64,000 nt of DNA from Takakia lepidozioides (GCA_030704615.1 CM060733.1:71238001-71302000); one strand, 5' to 3'. Numbered from the stretch's first letter, positions 50,170 through 62,409 are shown. A program made the numbers and translations. The notes: a model not told the origin generated them from the letters alone.

Positions 50170-51580
50170 TGCGAATGCGGCGCCGCATTTCCGTTAAGTA
50201 CCATCACGAAGCTACACATCCGTACTTGTTGGAAGAAAATGCGGCACCGCATTTCCGTTCCACCTTCACATACCTTAGTTGTTGAACGGAAATACGGTGC
50301 CGCATTTCCGTCCCACAGCTCCATGTATGAGATTCAAAGGGAAATGCGGCGCCGCATTTCCGTTCCCACTTCACATACGTTAATGAATGGAAATGCCGTG
50401 CCACATTTCCGTTCGGGAAAGTATAGAGGTCTCACCTGGACAGAAATGCGGTGCGCATTTCCGGTCTGGAAAGTTTGAAGGTCTCACATGGATGGAAATG
50501 CGGCAACACATTTCCAGCTCCAGTATAAAAACGGAAATGCGGCGCCGCATTTCATGTTGCGACTCGAACGGAAATGCATTGCGCACGATTTTCAGTCAGA
50601 ATGGAAATGCGGTACCGCATTTCCGTTCTGTAGAGTATTAACGTCTGACGCTGGCGGAAATGCCGCATTTTCGTTCCACAGCTCCATGCCTCACATACAA
50701 AACGGAAATGCGGCGCCGCATTTCCGTTTTGGAATGTCGGAAGGTGACTCCGACGGAAATGCGGTACCGCATTTCAGTTCCGATGTTTCAGGATATTTCA
50801 TCAGAACGGAAATGCGGTGCCGCATTTCCGTTCTGGAATGTTGGGAGGTGCGACTCGGATGGAAATGCGCTGCCGCATTTCAGTTCCGATGTTCACGATT
50901 TTCAGTCAGAACGGAAATGCGGTGCCCGCATTTCCGTTCTGCGACTCGGATGGAAATACGGTGCCGCATTTCAGTTCAGATGGTTCACGATTTTCAGTCA
51001 GAACGGAAATGCGGCCGCATTTCCGTTCTGGATAAATGTCTCTCGGAATTGCGCTGTATGAAGCTGTCGGAATCACTCGGCTCCATGCATCAGATACAAA
51101 ATGGAAATGCGGCGCCGCATTTCCGTTCTGGAATGTCGAAAAGTGCGACTCGGACGGAAATGCGGTGCCGCATTTCTGTTCCCGTTGTTCATAATTCTCA
51201 ATCAGAACGGAAATGCGGTACAGAGTATGAATGTCTTTTAAGGACGGAAATAGCATTTCTATCCCTCAGCTCCATGCATCATACAAAATGGAAATGCGGC
51301 GCCGCATTTCCGTTCTGAATGTCGGAAAAGTGCGACTCGGACGGAAATGCGGTGCCGCATTTCTGTTCCCGTTGTTCATAATCTCAATCAGAACGGAAAT
51401 GCGGTACCGCATTTCCGTTCCACCTTCACATACCGTGCTTGCTGGATGGAAATGCGTTACCGCATTTCCGTTCTGGAGAGTATAAAGGTTTCCCCCGGAC
51501 GGAAACTCGGTGCCGCATTTCCGTCGCTCTGGTGCATGACCAAGATGCAATACGGAAATGCGGCGCCGTATTTCCGTCCA
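50170..51580. repeat. A-type palindrome array between the divergent genes of element A
   Basis: Roughly 25-30 copies of GGAAATGCGGYRCCGCATTTCC, basic period 52-53 bp with some deleted units. Confidence 0.95.
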
Positions 51581-52000
51581 CCAGCAATCGAAAGAATCAC
51601 TCGGGACGGGAAATCTGGAACCTCAATGGGTTGCATTGTTCCGAAACAACACAATTGCGGCCAGTCTTGATGAGCACAACTTGGTTGTCTGACCGTTTTA
51701 ACCAGCAGTCCTGGCACTTGTCAGTGCGAACGTTCCGGCACCGAGAATACTGCTGGATCCACCCTCAGGAGAAACTGTCAGGAGATGTTATTTCGTCGCC
51801 GAATCGGCCATCATTGTCATACTCACTGGCTATGGAATCAAACCTCCCACCTTCATGCATGTAGCTTGAAACAATACTTTCCACTTCAATGTGCGACTTC
51901 CAATCGTCGATGGACTCCGCAGATCCACTTAGATGGTGCCTGTGAGCCTTGGTCTGTCGCTATACTGAACCTCGCACTTGCCAACTCCGTGCGGTGTTCG

Positions 52001-55000
52001 ATGGCTCCGAATTCCTACGCTATAGTTTGCTGTCCTCCGCAACTTGGGAGAGCCTGGATCCCAAACGAGGGAGGACTTTGCAGAGTGACTGAAACTTACC
52101 TTTGTTCCAAATTCAAGCTCAAACCGGGCACAGTTTATTTGGAAGAAGAAAGGAAGGATGTTCCTGGACAGGTTGACGAGACCATTGTCGTGCTAGGTAA
52201 CGACGGAGGTTGCGGAATCGAATGGCACGTTCCCCCGTCAGACACCATCCTGTACCGAGCTGTGGGAATGCCCATTCCCTTTCCGAATCAGTCGCTGCCC
52301 ACACCATCCACAAAGGAGTCCGGAAACCGAGAGGCGGCCACTGCCAACAGAGAGGTATGCAACGATAATCATTCCCGACCTGGACCGTCAAGACCCTCCA
52401 TAGCTTCTCGTGTGGACGTATTCGACATTTCCGACGAGGAAGATGATTGCATTGAGGTACCCATGTCCTCCACACGGTCGTTCAAATCCGGCATGGACGT
52501 CTCTGTAGGTGCTACGCATGTGCCCTCGAGCAACTCCAACCCGGTCCATTGTGCAGCTCCTACGACAACATCACCTCGATGGTTCTCGCTCCGAGCTGGC
52601 TGCTCTCGACTATGCCAAATTCCCAGTCAGAAAGGTAACTTTTCTGCCTCCCGAAGTCGATGGCAATGTCATCTTCGAGTTTCCACCTGTTTCTTCGTCA
52701 AAGAAAGCCTCCGGGATGTTAACAGACATGGATCGAAAGCATGACGGACACCCCTGGTGTGTGACGAAGACCAGTAGCACGAAAATTGCTGATGGTGTTC
52801 GTGTACGATATGTCCTCTGTGCGGGGAAGCTGAGGTGCCTCAATCCCACCTGCTTCCACTTTCTCTCCAAAGGAGGGCGGAGAAACGAGACGGATTGGAC
52901 TGGCACAACGCATCATCCATTCATTGTCTCCAGCCAAGCTCCTGCGGGTTCTTTCAAGTGTGCACATTGCAAAGAACCACCGACGTGCATGTCCATGTGC
53001 AGAGCCAAGCAATATTACGTAATCCATTTGCTCCCGGACTTGACTAGAGCTTGCATACACGTTGGGGTCCACTGCCACCCCTTGGCGAGAGGCAACATGC
53101 GTGAGGCTGTGCAGGAAGCACACGACATCATAAAAGAGGAGGTGAAATTGAGCCCCGGAGCCAGACCAAAGCAGATTCAGCTGAAGGCAGCCCACAAGAT
53201 TGCTCTTGGCAAAATCATGTCTGAAGATGGTTCCGACCGAGAGCCCTTGACCGAAGACGAGATGCGTGACCTCTTGGAGTCCGTCTCGCACGTTTGTAGT
53301 CCGAATGTGCGGAATCACATCGTATCTTGCAAGCAGGAGTTCGGCAGGGGGTCGGACATGTACTCAATCCTGGAGGTGAAACGAATGACTGGATATGACT
53401 ACATCCAAGGTAGCAGGTTTCCAGGGCAAGGCAGCGAATCCGATCGTTGTTACATTTTTCAAAATGTCGACGTGTGGGCCTGGGAGTGGAGTCGACTTGG
53501 TCACTCGCATGACAACTGGAAACTTGTCGAATGCTTGGGTGATGTTTGATCACATCAAGCGAATTACAAACCATCAGTGGGTGACTATGGGTGCGCATGT
53601 TTATGACTATCACTCCAAGAGGCTCATGACGATTGCAATCTGCGAGATGAAAGGGGAGGACACACAGTCCGAGATGCATCTGTGGGAGGGCATAAACGAG
53701 CAGATGGCAAGGGCGGGATTGCCAGAGCCCAATTTCAGGGGATTCATGGCAGACAACGCTCAGGCCAACTGGGCAGCGGTGCGGCGTGTGTACGGTGAGG
53801 ACCCCAATGTTCCAATGGAGGGGAAAGAGAGATCCTGTGGATTCCATTGGATGCAGAGTCTATCCCACTACACTACCAAATTTGTTGCTAGCTCATTCCA
53901 GGCTGAACACCGTGTCCTTTGTACGGCGTGGAAGGATGCACCCACATTTGATGACGCGGAGGTTAAGTTTGCTATCATCGAGGCTTGGTGGAACACGTCA
54001 GGTGCAGTGGAGACAACCAATCTGGGAGCATTGCACAGCTGGTTGGGGTGGTGGCATTTTCGGTATCGACAGTTCGGACAGTACATGCGGGAGGTAGGCT
54101 GCTGTCAATTTCGTTCATTTGTCTTTCTGTTACGGACATTTCGATTGGTCCCTCACCATTGTTTGTGTCCTTCTAGGAGCGGTGCTTGGATTCCGACACG
54201 GACATGCCGAACACGAATATGGCAGAATCGGTCCACTCCTCCTGGCGAGCGTCTTCTGCCGCACATCTGGTGGACGTAGTGACGGCCACAACGGAGGACA
54301 TCGACAGAGCAATCATGCAGCAAGCCACGTACTACAAGTTCCTGAGCGGCAAACAATGGGGCTTTGGGCCGGACAGGGAGGAATTGTTGGTACGAACAGC
54401 TTCGAGGTCCAAGAATCCAGTGAAATGGGCGACAGCATTGCGAGAGAAGATCAAAGGGACGCCTCTGCACCGCAGAGGTGAACACCTAGAGGGGGACGTC
54501 CGGACTCGCCCTGTCAGGCGGAGGATTGAAGAGGAACCCGGGTGCGAAGAGGATTCCTGGAGATCCGACAGGAACATTCGGACAGCACCTCGAGGTCCCG
54601 TCATGTTGCCGCACAATGTGTCTTCCAGCAGTGGAAGCCCAAGAAATTCCAGATCGCCGTCGCCTTCAACCGGGGATTTCGTGCAACAAATTCCCACCGC
54701 TCCCTTGCCCCACATTCCGCCCGCTGTTATGCAGTATGGCCAAGCCATTGTGGAGACGACTGTGTCTGCATCACAGTGGAGAATTGCTCGCACAAAGCCG
54801 TCGTTTCGAGGAAGGTGTTCCGCAATTCGTGTGGATACACGGCAACGTTGTTTAGAGATGATAAGGAGGAATCCAGATGGGGCTGTCCCTGCTCCTACTT
54901 TTACAGGAAGATTTGTCCATGCAAAGTTTGCGGAGGCGACAACCACCCAGTTCTGGTTCTGCAGGCACGACATTATGACTTGCGTGTATGGAAAGCCCAA

Positions 55001-55607
55001 GTACGGCATACAAACAATGCCAGAGGCTCCCCCGGTGTGGCCGGTGGAACCAGGCTGCGATCTGAGTCAGGTTGAGGCCGACGCCCTTACCGCCGCAGGA
55101 TTTCGGATGGTGCAGCGCACTGACGTCCCCAGACAACCATTTCCGCTTCCACAGCCTCCACCACCGACCCCTGTGAGAGCAAGAACAATGGGACACGACA
55201 GCTCTAAGCATCCTACACACCGTTGGGGGAAACCGAAGAGGCGGCGACCTCCCTCAAAAGTGAACGAGACAAGGATGGGGAATGCACTTCGGATGAACTG
55301 TACAATCCAGAGCTCGACAGAAGTGCCCCCACCAGGATTCGGGCGTGTGTATCAGATGGCCACGGCGGGCTCAGCTGTTCGCAATGAGGTGTACACCATC
55401 ACCATTTCAGAATTACCCACCTGCAATTGCACCGACTTCCAGATCATGGCGAACAAGGGGGCATCATACTGCCCTTGCAAGCATTTGTACTACGTGTACC
55501 TAAAGAGACTCCGTTGTAATTCCACAACTCATCACTTCATACATGCACCAGGGTTGAGCCCCCAGGAGGTTCACACTCTTCTGAATATGGATCCAGGGGA
55601 CCAGTGA
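52001..55607 (+). pseudogene. Full-length MULE transposase (GCM-like Zn domain, DDE core, SWIM finger); two frameshifts, one intron
   Basis: Start MAPNSYAIV (homologous to the starts in A' and B); VMFDH (D1), FMADN (D2), CGFH, TNMAESVH (E), SWIM CNCTDF...CPCKHLYY. Intron ~54094-54176. Frameshifts near 52530 and 53455 relative to A'. Confidence 0.92.
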
Positions 55608-56455
55608 GCTTGGCTTGCGGTCCACATACAATGGTACGCCCATCCTTTTCGGATAGTAGAACTGTACTGCTGCCAGTACCTCAGACTCTGGCCACAAAGG
55701 TCCGACATATGTCTTGCCTACCAGTAACCTGTTTTGCTCGAACTAAGATATTACTATATCGTTCACTTGTTTCCACGTGCATGTATTTTGTATGTTGGAG
55801 GGTTCATGTTTTTCTGCTTTCCGAAAACTTGCTTTCCTCATTCGACCTCCGACAAGGAAATGCGGCGCCGAATTTCCAAGTATCGTCGTAGGTACCCCCA
55901 GAGGCGGCCTTCGCCAACACCAAACCGCTCCGAAATTTCGCACGTGCGAACCCTAATGCGGCACCCTATTTCCCAGTTCAGTTGCAAACCTTTCCCGCCG
56001 AATACCCGAAGAAGACAGAATTGTGAAGTACTGCAGACTGTATTGGTGCAGACTCCATTGGTTCAATCGCGGCAAAAGGGTCAGCTTCATTCCAATGTTA
56101 AGGCATGTAAAACCGCGGAATACTCTATACAGGCCAGTATGCGACGTCCTTTTGCAGTGGTATACTGGATTTCCCGTTGCACGGTCACTTATTTCCATGA
56201 GCGGATCTAAAAAACCATGAGCGGACTTGTTACTGACGACATATCTTCGCCGCATTACATGATCTGGAACGTCCAAAAACGGCAAGGTCAAATAAAAAAC
56301 TATTATTTTAATACTTGTTTAATCTGCCGCATTTCCAAATTTGGAGGAGTCCGCTCATGAAATCCGCGTATCTTAGACTTCGGCTCACCGCTCATGCGGC
56401 TCATGCGGCTCATGGCTCATGGCTCATGGTTTCTGCTCATGAAATAGTAAACCTC

Positions 56456-57370
56456 CTTTCATCCAAACCCTCATGGAGACGTGCTCGGATGTCCAAGGGC
56501 GGATTCTTGACCTCACATGCGGCACGGGTAAGCCTTCACGTGCACAGTTTGTCCCCTGGCACGATTGCAATTGCATGCCGCATGCTACTAACCACCCGTT
56601 TTGTCCCTCAGGTGCTTCAATGTGGGCAGGGACGTTGTCCGACAGACATGTCTTTGCCTTCGAGCCAGATACTGCCCTCCACAACTCCGAACTTGCAGCG
56701 GCTGAACGTCTGCCGAAAGAGGAAGAGGCATCCTCGGAGGATGAGGAAGAATCCGACAAGGAGCAGGGGGAGGTACAAGTTGGGATCGAGGCCGAGGAGC
56801 CCCCGGTTTACGAGTGAGTGGTCGCATTGTAAGTTGCCTGCTGATTTTGTGAGGCACCTCCCTTTGCTCTCTTATTTCATTGAAAGACCCTTTTTTGCTT
56901 CTGCTGGTATTGACATTCTTAAAGTGGATTTGTTCTTACTGCAGGATGCCAAGTACTGCAGGAGGGACGTCTACACCGCAGTTCATGGGCAGGAGGAACA
57001 TGCCTTTTTTTGCCAGGGGGGATTTCATGCCTAGTCCAGAAAGGGACTACATCCTTCCTACTTATGCTGCCCGGCTTGCTTCGGTGTCCATTAGGAGGTC
57101 TTCCAAAGCTAGTCGTGTATAACAGATTTTAGACGAGGCAAGCCTCAAGAAAATGAAGATGAGGGAGGAGGCAGCAGCTATTAGAGCCCGTCAGGCTCGT
57201 AGATTTGTCTTGGATTCTGCTGAGGAAAGTGGGGGAGAAGAGGCAGAAGATTCCCAGGAGGTGAGGTGGATAGTCCCCCAAGGAGAGGACGGAATTTTTG
57301 AGAGGCATAGTGGAACTGATGCATCACAGAGCTCGGAGGATGGGGGGATGAGGGGGATGAGGAGAAGGTG
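56456..57370 (+). pseudogene. MTase domain of element B, part after the element A insertion (motif I and acidic tail)
   Basis: QTLMETCSDVQGRILDLTCGTG, intron, GASMWAGTLSDRHVFAFEPD; last exon MPFFARGDFM...RRFVLDSAEES...VRWIVPQGEDGIFE. Confidence 0.85.
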
Positions 57371-57634
57371 GGGCAAGTTCCTCGGAGGGTGTAGGAGAGT
57401 AGTGCCCATTCCGGCTATGACAGTTAGGACACACTTGTATAGATGTGGCTTGCCACAAAATTTGCAATAAAATGTTGCATTTCATTGCTATGATGAGTCC
57501 ACTGGTGCCACATTCCAACTTCATATGACCCTATTTCCGTGCCTCCTAACCCTATTTCCGTGGACACACAATGGTCCGCTTATGCTTTTTCTTTTTTTGC
57601 TCATGCTTATGCCGCTCATGAAATAGCAGCCCCT

Positions 57635-59115
57635 TCCACAGGTTTGGGCATGACTGGCACAACAGGAATTTCTTTGGTCAGATCTTGTATCTTTGGTGCT
57701 ACTGGTTCTCCGACCATGCCAGAGTTTTCATAGAGAAGGTCACCCTTCTCAATTTCTGCCACCACCTGCTCTGTAGTGGGGATGTCCAACCCTTCTCCTT
57801 CCACAACAATAGGCTATGGTGTAACAGTATGTACTATCTGAGTTACCTCTGGGGCAACTGAGTCTGGCTGTGATGGCTGTGGTACTGAAGTGACTTCTTC
57901 CTCCCTCTCCAAAGGCCGTGCTTCCAGCAATAACAGCCCCCTGTGTTGCTGTTCCCCATCCTACACAAGAGCTATGGAAACATCATCTGGTGGTTTCCTT
58001 GTAGCTAGTGGATCTGCCACTACCGTCACAACCCGCTTCTATCTCTTGGACTGGTGCTGCCCCTCCAATCCCCCTTCACCTTGTGAAGAGCCATGCTCCT
58101 CAATTGTAGTTGTGACTATCTCAAACACTCTCATCTCTTTGCGTTCTCGCGCATCAAGCAAACAAGAGTTAAGGATAATTTGCGCAATTATTGGGCCAGA
58201 CACAATGATCGGGGATTTAGCAGTAGTATTTTATAACCGCTTCATCTCTTCCACCAGACCATTGTGCATCAACTCCGCCCAAGCCACATCCTCTCCCCTC
58301 AAGGCTTTCAGTACCTCCTCCGTGAAAGATCTACTAAGGTACTGTTGATTATGTTTCATGGCAAACAGAACGTTCAGTATTTGACCAACTTCTCTTAACC
58401 CTGGGTACTCGGCCTTGGTACAGGTGTATCCCTGAGTCTTAAAGAAACTCGTTTCTTGGAACAAGTCCCCTATTTGCAATCTTGCCCTGTGCTCATCCAG
58501 ATTCACATGGCCCGATGGCAATTCAAACAATTGCTGCAAGTACTAGGGAGTAATCTCTATATCTACTCCCCTCACCTGTGTAACTCCTGTCTGAGGCTCA
58601 AAGTTCTGAATGAATTGAATCATGTACCCCCGATGATGCAAGGACCAATCTTTGCGTAGCAGCCCTTCCAATCGCAACTCCTTCAGCAGCTGCACTGCCT
58701 GTGGTGTAGCAATTGTTTGCTTCTGTAGAATCGTGGTGCTCTTCACCCTGATATCCTCCATTCCCCTAATTCTCTTCATCCCAGACAAACAAGAAGGCCT
58801 TGTTTGGAATAGCTGTAGGAAAGCTTGCAGGGCATAAAGCATGAAAGTATGGTTGGCACATAAATGAACAGGTAAATCTGTGAACGCAGTCCTGTCTGTG
58901 TTCTCTATCACATGAGCAATTTGATTGATTGCTTGATACAGCCTGTGTCTACAATGGGGTGCCACAGCCAATAGCTGCCCAATTGTAATCTCAGCTTTGG
59001 ATTGGCATATTACTTCAGCCAAAGTCCCTTCATTATCCTGCACCTGTGAAGCCTCTTGCTTCACTTCCTCTTCACCTTCTTCATCTTCTCTTTCAGAGTC
59101 AGAAGAATCTGCCAT
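57635..59115 (-). pseudogene. Retroelement-associated ORF resembling the Athila-ORF / putative plant transposon protein domain
   Basis: IQFIQNFEPQTGVTQVRGVDIEITP..QQLFELP resembles the EFYxN...VxVRGxxIxxS...I...L.LP pattern; in-frame stops. Confidence 0.45.
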
Positions 59116-59199
59116 AGGGATATTAGTATCCTTCTGCCGGTAGAAGGGAAGGCACCACGAAAGCTCACTCAGGGGGAGATGAATGATCTTAGATTGTAG

Positions 59200-60567
59200 G
59201 TGCAGAACATTGCCACAACTATTATAGACAATGTCTATAGTAGGATAGCGGAGTTACAGGATGATGTGGAACGGCTGCAAACTCAAGTGGATGACCTAAG
59301 TTCCAATATTGACAAAAGAGTCTTTGTTCCTGAGGAGCAGCTGGTGGCTACTTATTTGCATGCCAGGACTCTGATTTTTCCAGTCTTCATCACAGGAGGT
59401 GCAAGAGTTGCCAGCAGTAGGAGGGACAGCGGCGGCAATATCACAACCTCTACAGCAGGTGGCTGTGCAGGTGGCTGACGCTGTTGATACCATGGCGCCG
59501 CCACAGTCTGAGGTTTGGGGGGATGCTGCTTTCATCCCACCTAGGACTCCTGCTGCGCGGGAGTACAATCGGGCTATGATTATGCCCTTCAACCAAATTC
59601 CCATTGTGATGGATTTGGCTTGGAAGGAATTCAGTCCTCCACAATCTTTGGCACATTATTACTAGATCATGCGCATTTGGTTGCCAGTGGCAACTCGGAC
59701 TAGGGTTCTTCCGAACAATCGACCCATTGAGGATCATCATTTTGCAAGGTGCTGGTCAGAGGCAAGCACAATGCTGAAGGAATTAATTGCCTTCCAGGTT
59801 GTTCATGGGTACATCTACACCAAGACCAGGGAGGTATCTAGTATTGTCATGGGTTGTGGATTGTACTATGCTGCTTGTTTCATGGCACGTTATCACATTG
59901 AGTGGCAGAAGATGCAATCACGATTTTTGAGTTATTCCAGTGGGGATCATTGGGTCTTACCTTCAGTTCCGCCCCATATGTATCTCTATGATGCGAAAGT
60001 CATGATGCAGAAGGATTCCCAGCTTTGTTCATGGTTTAATTTGGCTTGGAACAACTTGCTCAAAGAAATATTGGGCCTTGATGATATTTTCTATAAGGGA
60101 CATGAAGCTTGGAAAACATTGTTCCAAAGTCATTGGCACACCTCTCACCTATATGGCCAAGGAGTTCAGGGAATTCACTCATTTTGCTTGCAAACATTTA
60201 CAACAAGTGGTACAGTTTAAGCTTCCAGACGAGGTGGGCCAACATTGTATGCCACGCAAGAATCCGGAGGAGCCACTTAAAGTTCGGCCGCCAAAACACC
60301 TCAAGGGGGAAGATGATTCTGATACTACTGGTTCTTCAGAGGAACCTTTTGACATGGCGGAGGACTATGCACTCCAGATGGCAGAGAAGAAACGATGGGG
60401 ATCTCCTATGCCTGAGAGGTTACCTCGTTATCAACCACAGGCGGGTCAGACATTTCCATTTGGTGCTCAATCACCTCCATCAGCCAGTGACAGGGCTCGA
60501 GCTCGAGCGAGACTCGCACCATCAGAAGGGTGCTCGCTCACAAAGGTTTGCTGATCCTAAGCAGTAA
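59200..60567 (+). pseudogene. Unassigned ORF upstream of the family-2 3' LTR
   Basis: Coiled-coil start (RIAELQDDVERLQTQVDDL), then a globular region; homologues at 23288-24400 and 25520-25645. No RT, RNase H or integrase motifs seen. Confidence 0.7.
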
Positions 60568-60605
60568 ACCGTGAGGACACGGTTTTTTGAGAGGGGGAGA
60601 GGTAA

Positions 60606-61544
60606 TGTTAGAGGGCTGTTTGGGACTTAGACGCTTTTGCGGGTTCTGTGGGGTACCCTTAATTTTGCGTAGACTTGCAGATGGTAGACTTAGGCCACAC
60701 ATGTTTAGGGGTGGTAGACAGGCTCACACAGTCAAGTCATGGGTTATCACAGCCCGACACAGCTTTGCACAGCCAGTCACAGCCCGACACAGCACGATAC
60801 AGCCCGACATAGCTTTACACAACCAGTCACAGCCGGACACAGCTTTACACAGCTAGTCACAGCTCGACACAGTCACAACCCAACACAGTTTGGCACAGCC
60901 CGTCACAGCGCACGGATGGAACGGTTATCATTAGCAGGGAAGTACTGTGTGGGAACGACATCTGCAGACTTCAGGGGTGACAGTTAGTTAGTTTGGCGGT
61001 TGGAACAGCTTGCAGGTAGATTAGGCAGAGCAGCACCAGGTAGGGGAGGACTTCACGGGGAGCGCTTCTTGGTCAGGCATGAGAGGAGATCAGGCGGAGA
61101 GCAAGAACGGGAGCAAGGATGGAGAGCACGGTGAAGGAGGAAAGATGAATAGTAGATGCTTGTTACATGCAAAGCTGTAGTGATATTGTATGGCAGATTA
61201 GAGTCACCATGGCATTGGCCTGATACCTGATAAATCATAATCTGATACTTATTCGATACAATCACACTGAGTAGAGAGACATGAGTGAAGCTGTGGAATG
61301 AATGGATGAGTGAATGGAACTTGGTAGATACTGAAGCAATCTGATGCTTCAGTATACACAGTAAGGTAAATTGCTAACATGAAGGCAAGAAGAAATACAA
61401 ATAGGAAGCACAACCATGATTCACTAGCTGTAGGTCATGACTGATTGTTCTGAGCGGGCAGAGTGCTTAGAGATATCCAACTCTTCTATCTTGGAGTTTC
61501 CATCTCGGATAGCGAAGGGATGGGTGAGTAAAAGCCGCTCGACA
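60606..61544 (+). repeat. Family-2 LTR (3' LTR)
   Basis: TGTTAGAGGG...CCGCTCGACA, preceded by GAGGACACGGTTTTTTGAGAGGGGGAGAGGTAA (PPT). Confidence 0.92.
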
Positions 61545-62100
61545 AACTCCAAGATATAAGAGTTGGATATCTCTAAGCACTCAGGCCGCTCAGAACAATC
61601 AGTATGACCTACAACTAGTGTATCATGGAAGTGCTTCCTGTTTATATTCCTTCTTGCCTTCATGTTAGTAGATTACCTTACTGCTTATATTTAACCATCA
61701 GATTGCTTCAGCAATCTATCAGGTTCCAATCACTCATCCATTCATTCCACAGCTTCACTCAGGTCCCTCTACACCGTGTGAGTATGGAATATGTATCAGA
61801 TTAATAACTATCAAGTATCAGGCCAAAGCCTTGGTGTCTCTATTCTGCTCTACAGTACATCTCTATAGCTTGCATGTATCAAGCATCAACAGATCATCTC
61901 TCCTCCTTCACCGTGCTCTCCATCCTTGCTCCAGTTCGTGCTCTCCGCCTGATCTCCTCTTCTGATGACCAAGAAGTGTTCCTTGAGAAGTCTCCTCCAT
62001 GTTGCTGCTCTGCCTAATTTATCTGCAAGCTGTTTTAACCGCCTAACTAACTAACTGTCACCCAAGAAGTAAGCACGTTCCCTCTGCAGATGTCGTTCAC
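61545..62100 (-). repeat. Inverted partial family-2 LTR
   Basis: Same orientation as, and homologous to, ~22368-22930; abuts the preceding LTR end. Confidence 0.85.
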
Positions 62101-62409
62101 CTCTGGCAGCCCAGCCAACTGTGGGAAGACATGGAGACGCAAAATTGCAAACGAAATGTTGTTACGAATTGAAGAAGTGAAAGGAGCTATGAGTACCTGG
62201 GTGAGATATCAGTCAGAAAGGATGTCAGTACCATCGCAATCTAGTAAGACAAAGCTGCAAAGTGTAACAGTACAAAATCCGTTCTATCAAATCATAGTGG
62301 ATGTTGCAAACGAGCTGGTGGAGCATGGAATCAGAAGATTGAAAGAAACTGGAAACAAGTTCAGGGAAGTTTCCTGCCTAACTTCAATTTCATCAGACAA
62401 AGCCCGATA

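Larger units (their letters stand above)
41643..56455 (+). mobile_element. MULE-like element A, structurally complete (14,813 bp)
   Basis: TIRs GGGGGCTGCTATTTCATGAGC / GCTCATGAAATAGTAAACCTC (17/21 match), exact TSD CTTTCATC at 41635-41642 and 56456-56463. Removing the element restores the frame SPAFI-QTLMETC of B's MTase. Confidence 0.95.
30323..57634 (-). mobile_element. MULE-like element B (about 12.5 kb of own sequence; contains nested element A and an internal inversion)
   Basis: Left end GAGGTTAGCTATTTCATGAGC (30323), right end GCTCATGAAATAGCAGCCCCT (to 57634), CATGAG subterminal repeats; flanking 8-mers TCCACACG (30315-30322) and TCCACAGG (57635-57642), 7/8 identical. Confidence 0.88.

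Noticed and set aside
54332-55075. Long antisense and alternate-frame ORFs over transposase, MTase and pol genes
   Set aside because: Shadow ORFs with no recognisable motifs, overlapping well-supported coding frames.
52001-55607. Currently active autonomous transposase
   Set aside because: Two frameshifts relative to the A' copy; all four transposase copies are disrupted, unless these are sequencing errors.
41643-56455. hAT or Zisupton/KDZ classification based on the 8-bp TSD and SWIM finger
   Set aside because: The catalytic core shows the MULE pattern (D, D, CxxH, TNxxESxH); no hAT dimerisation or KDZ CxC motifs were recognised.
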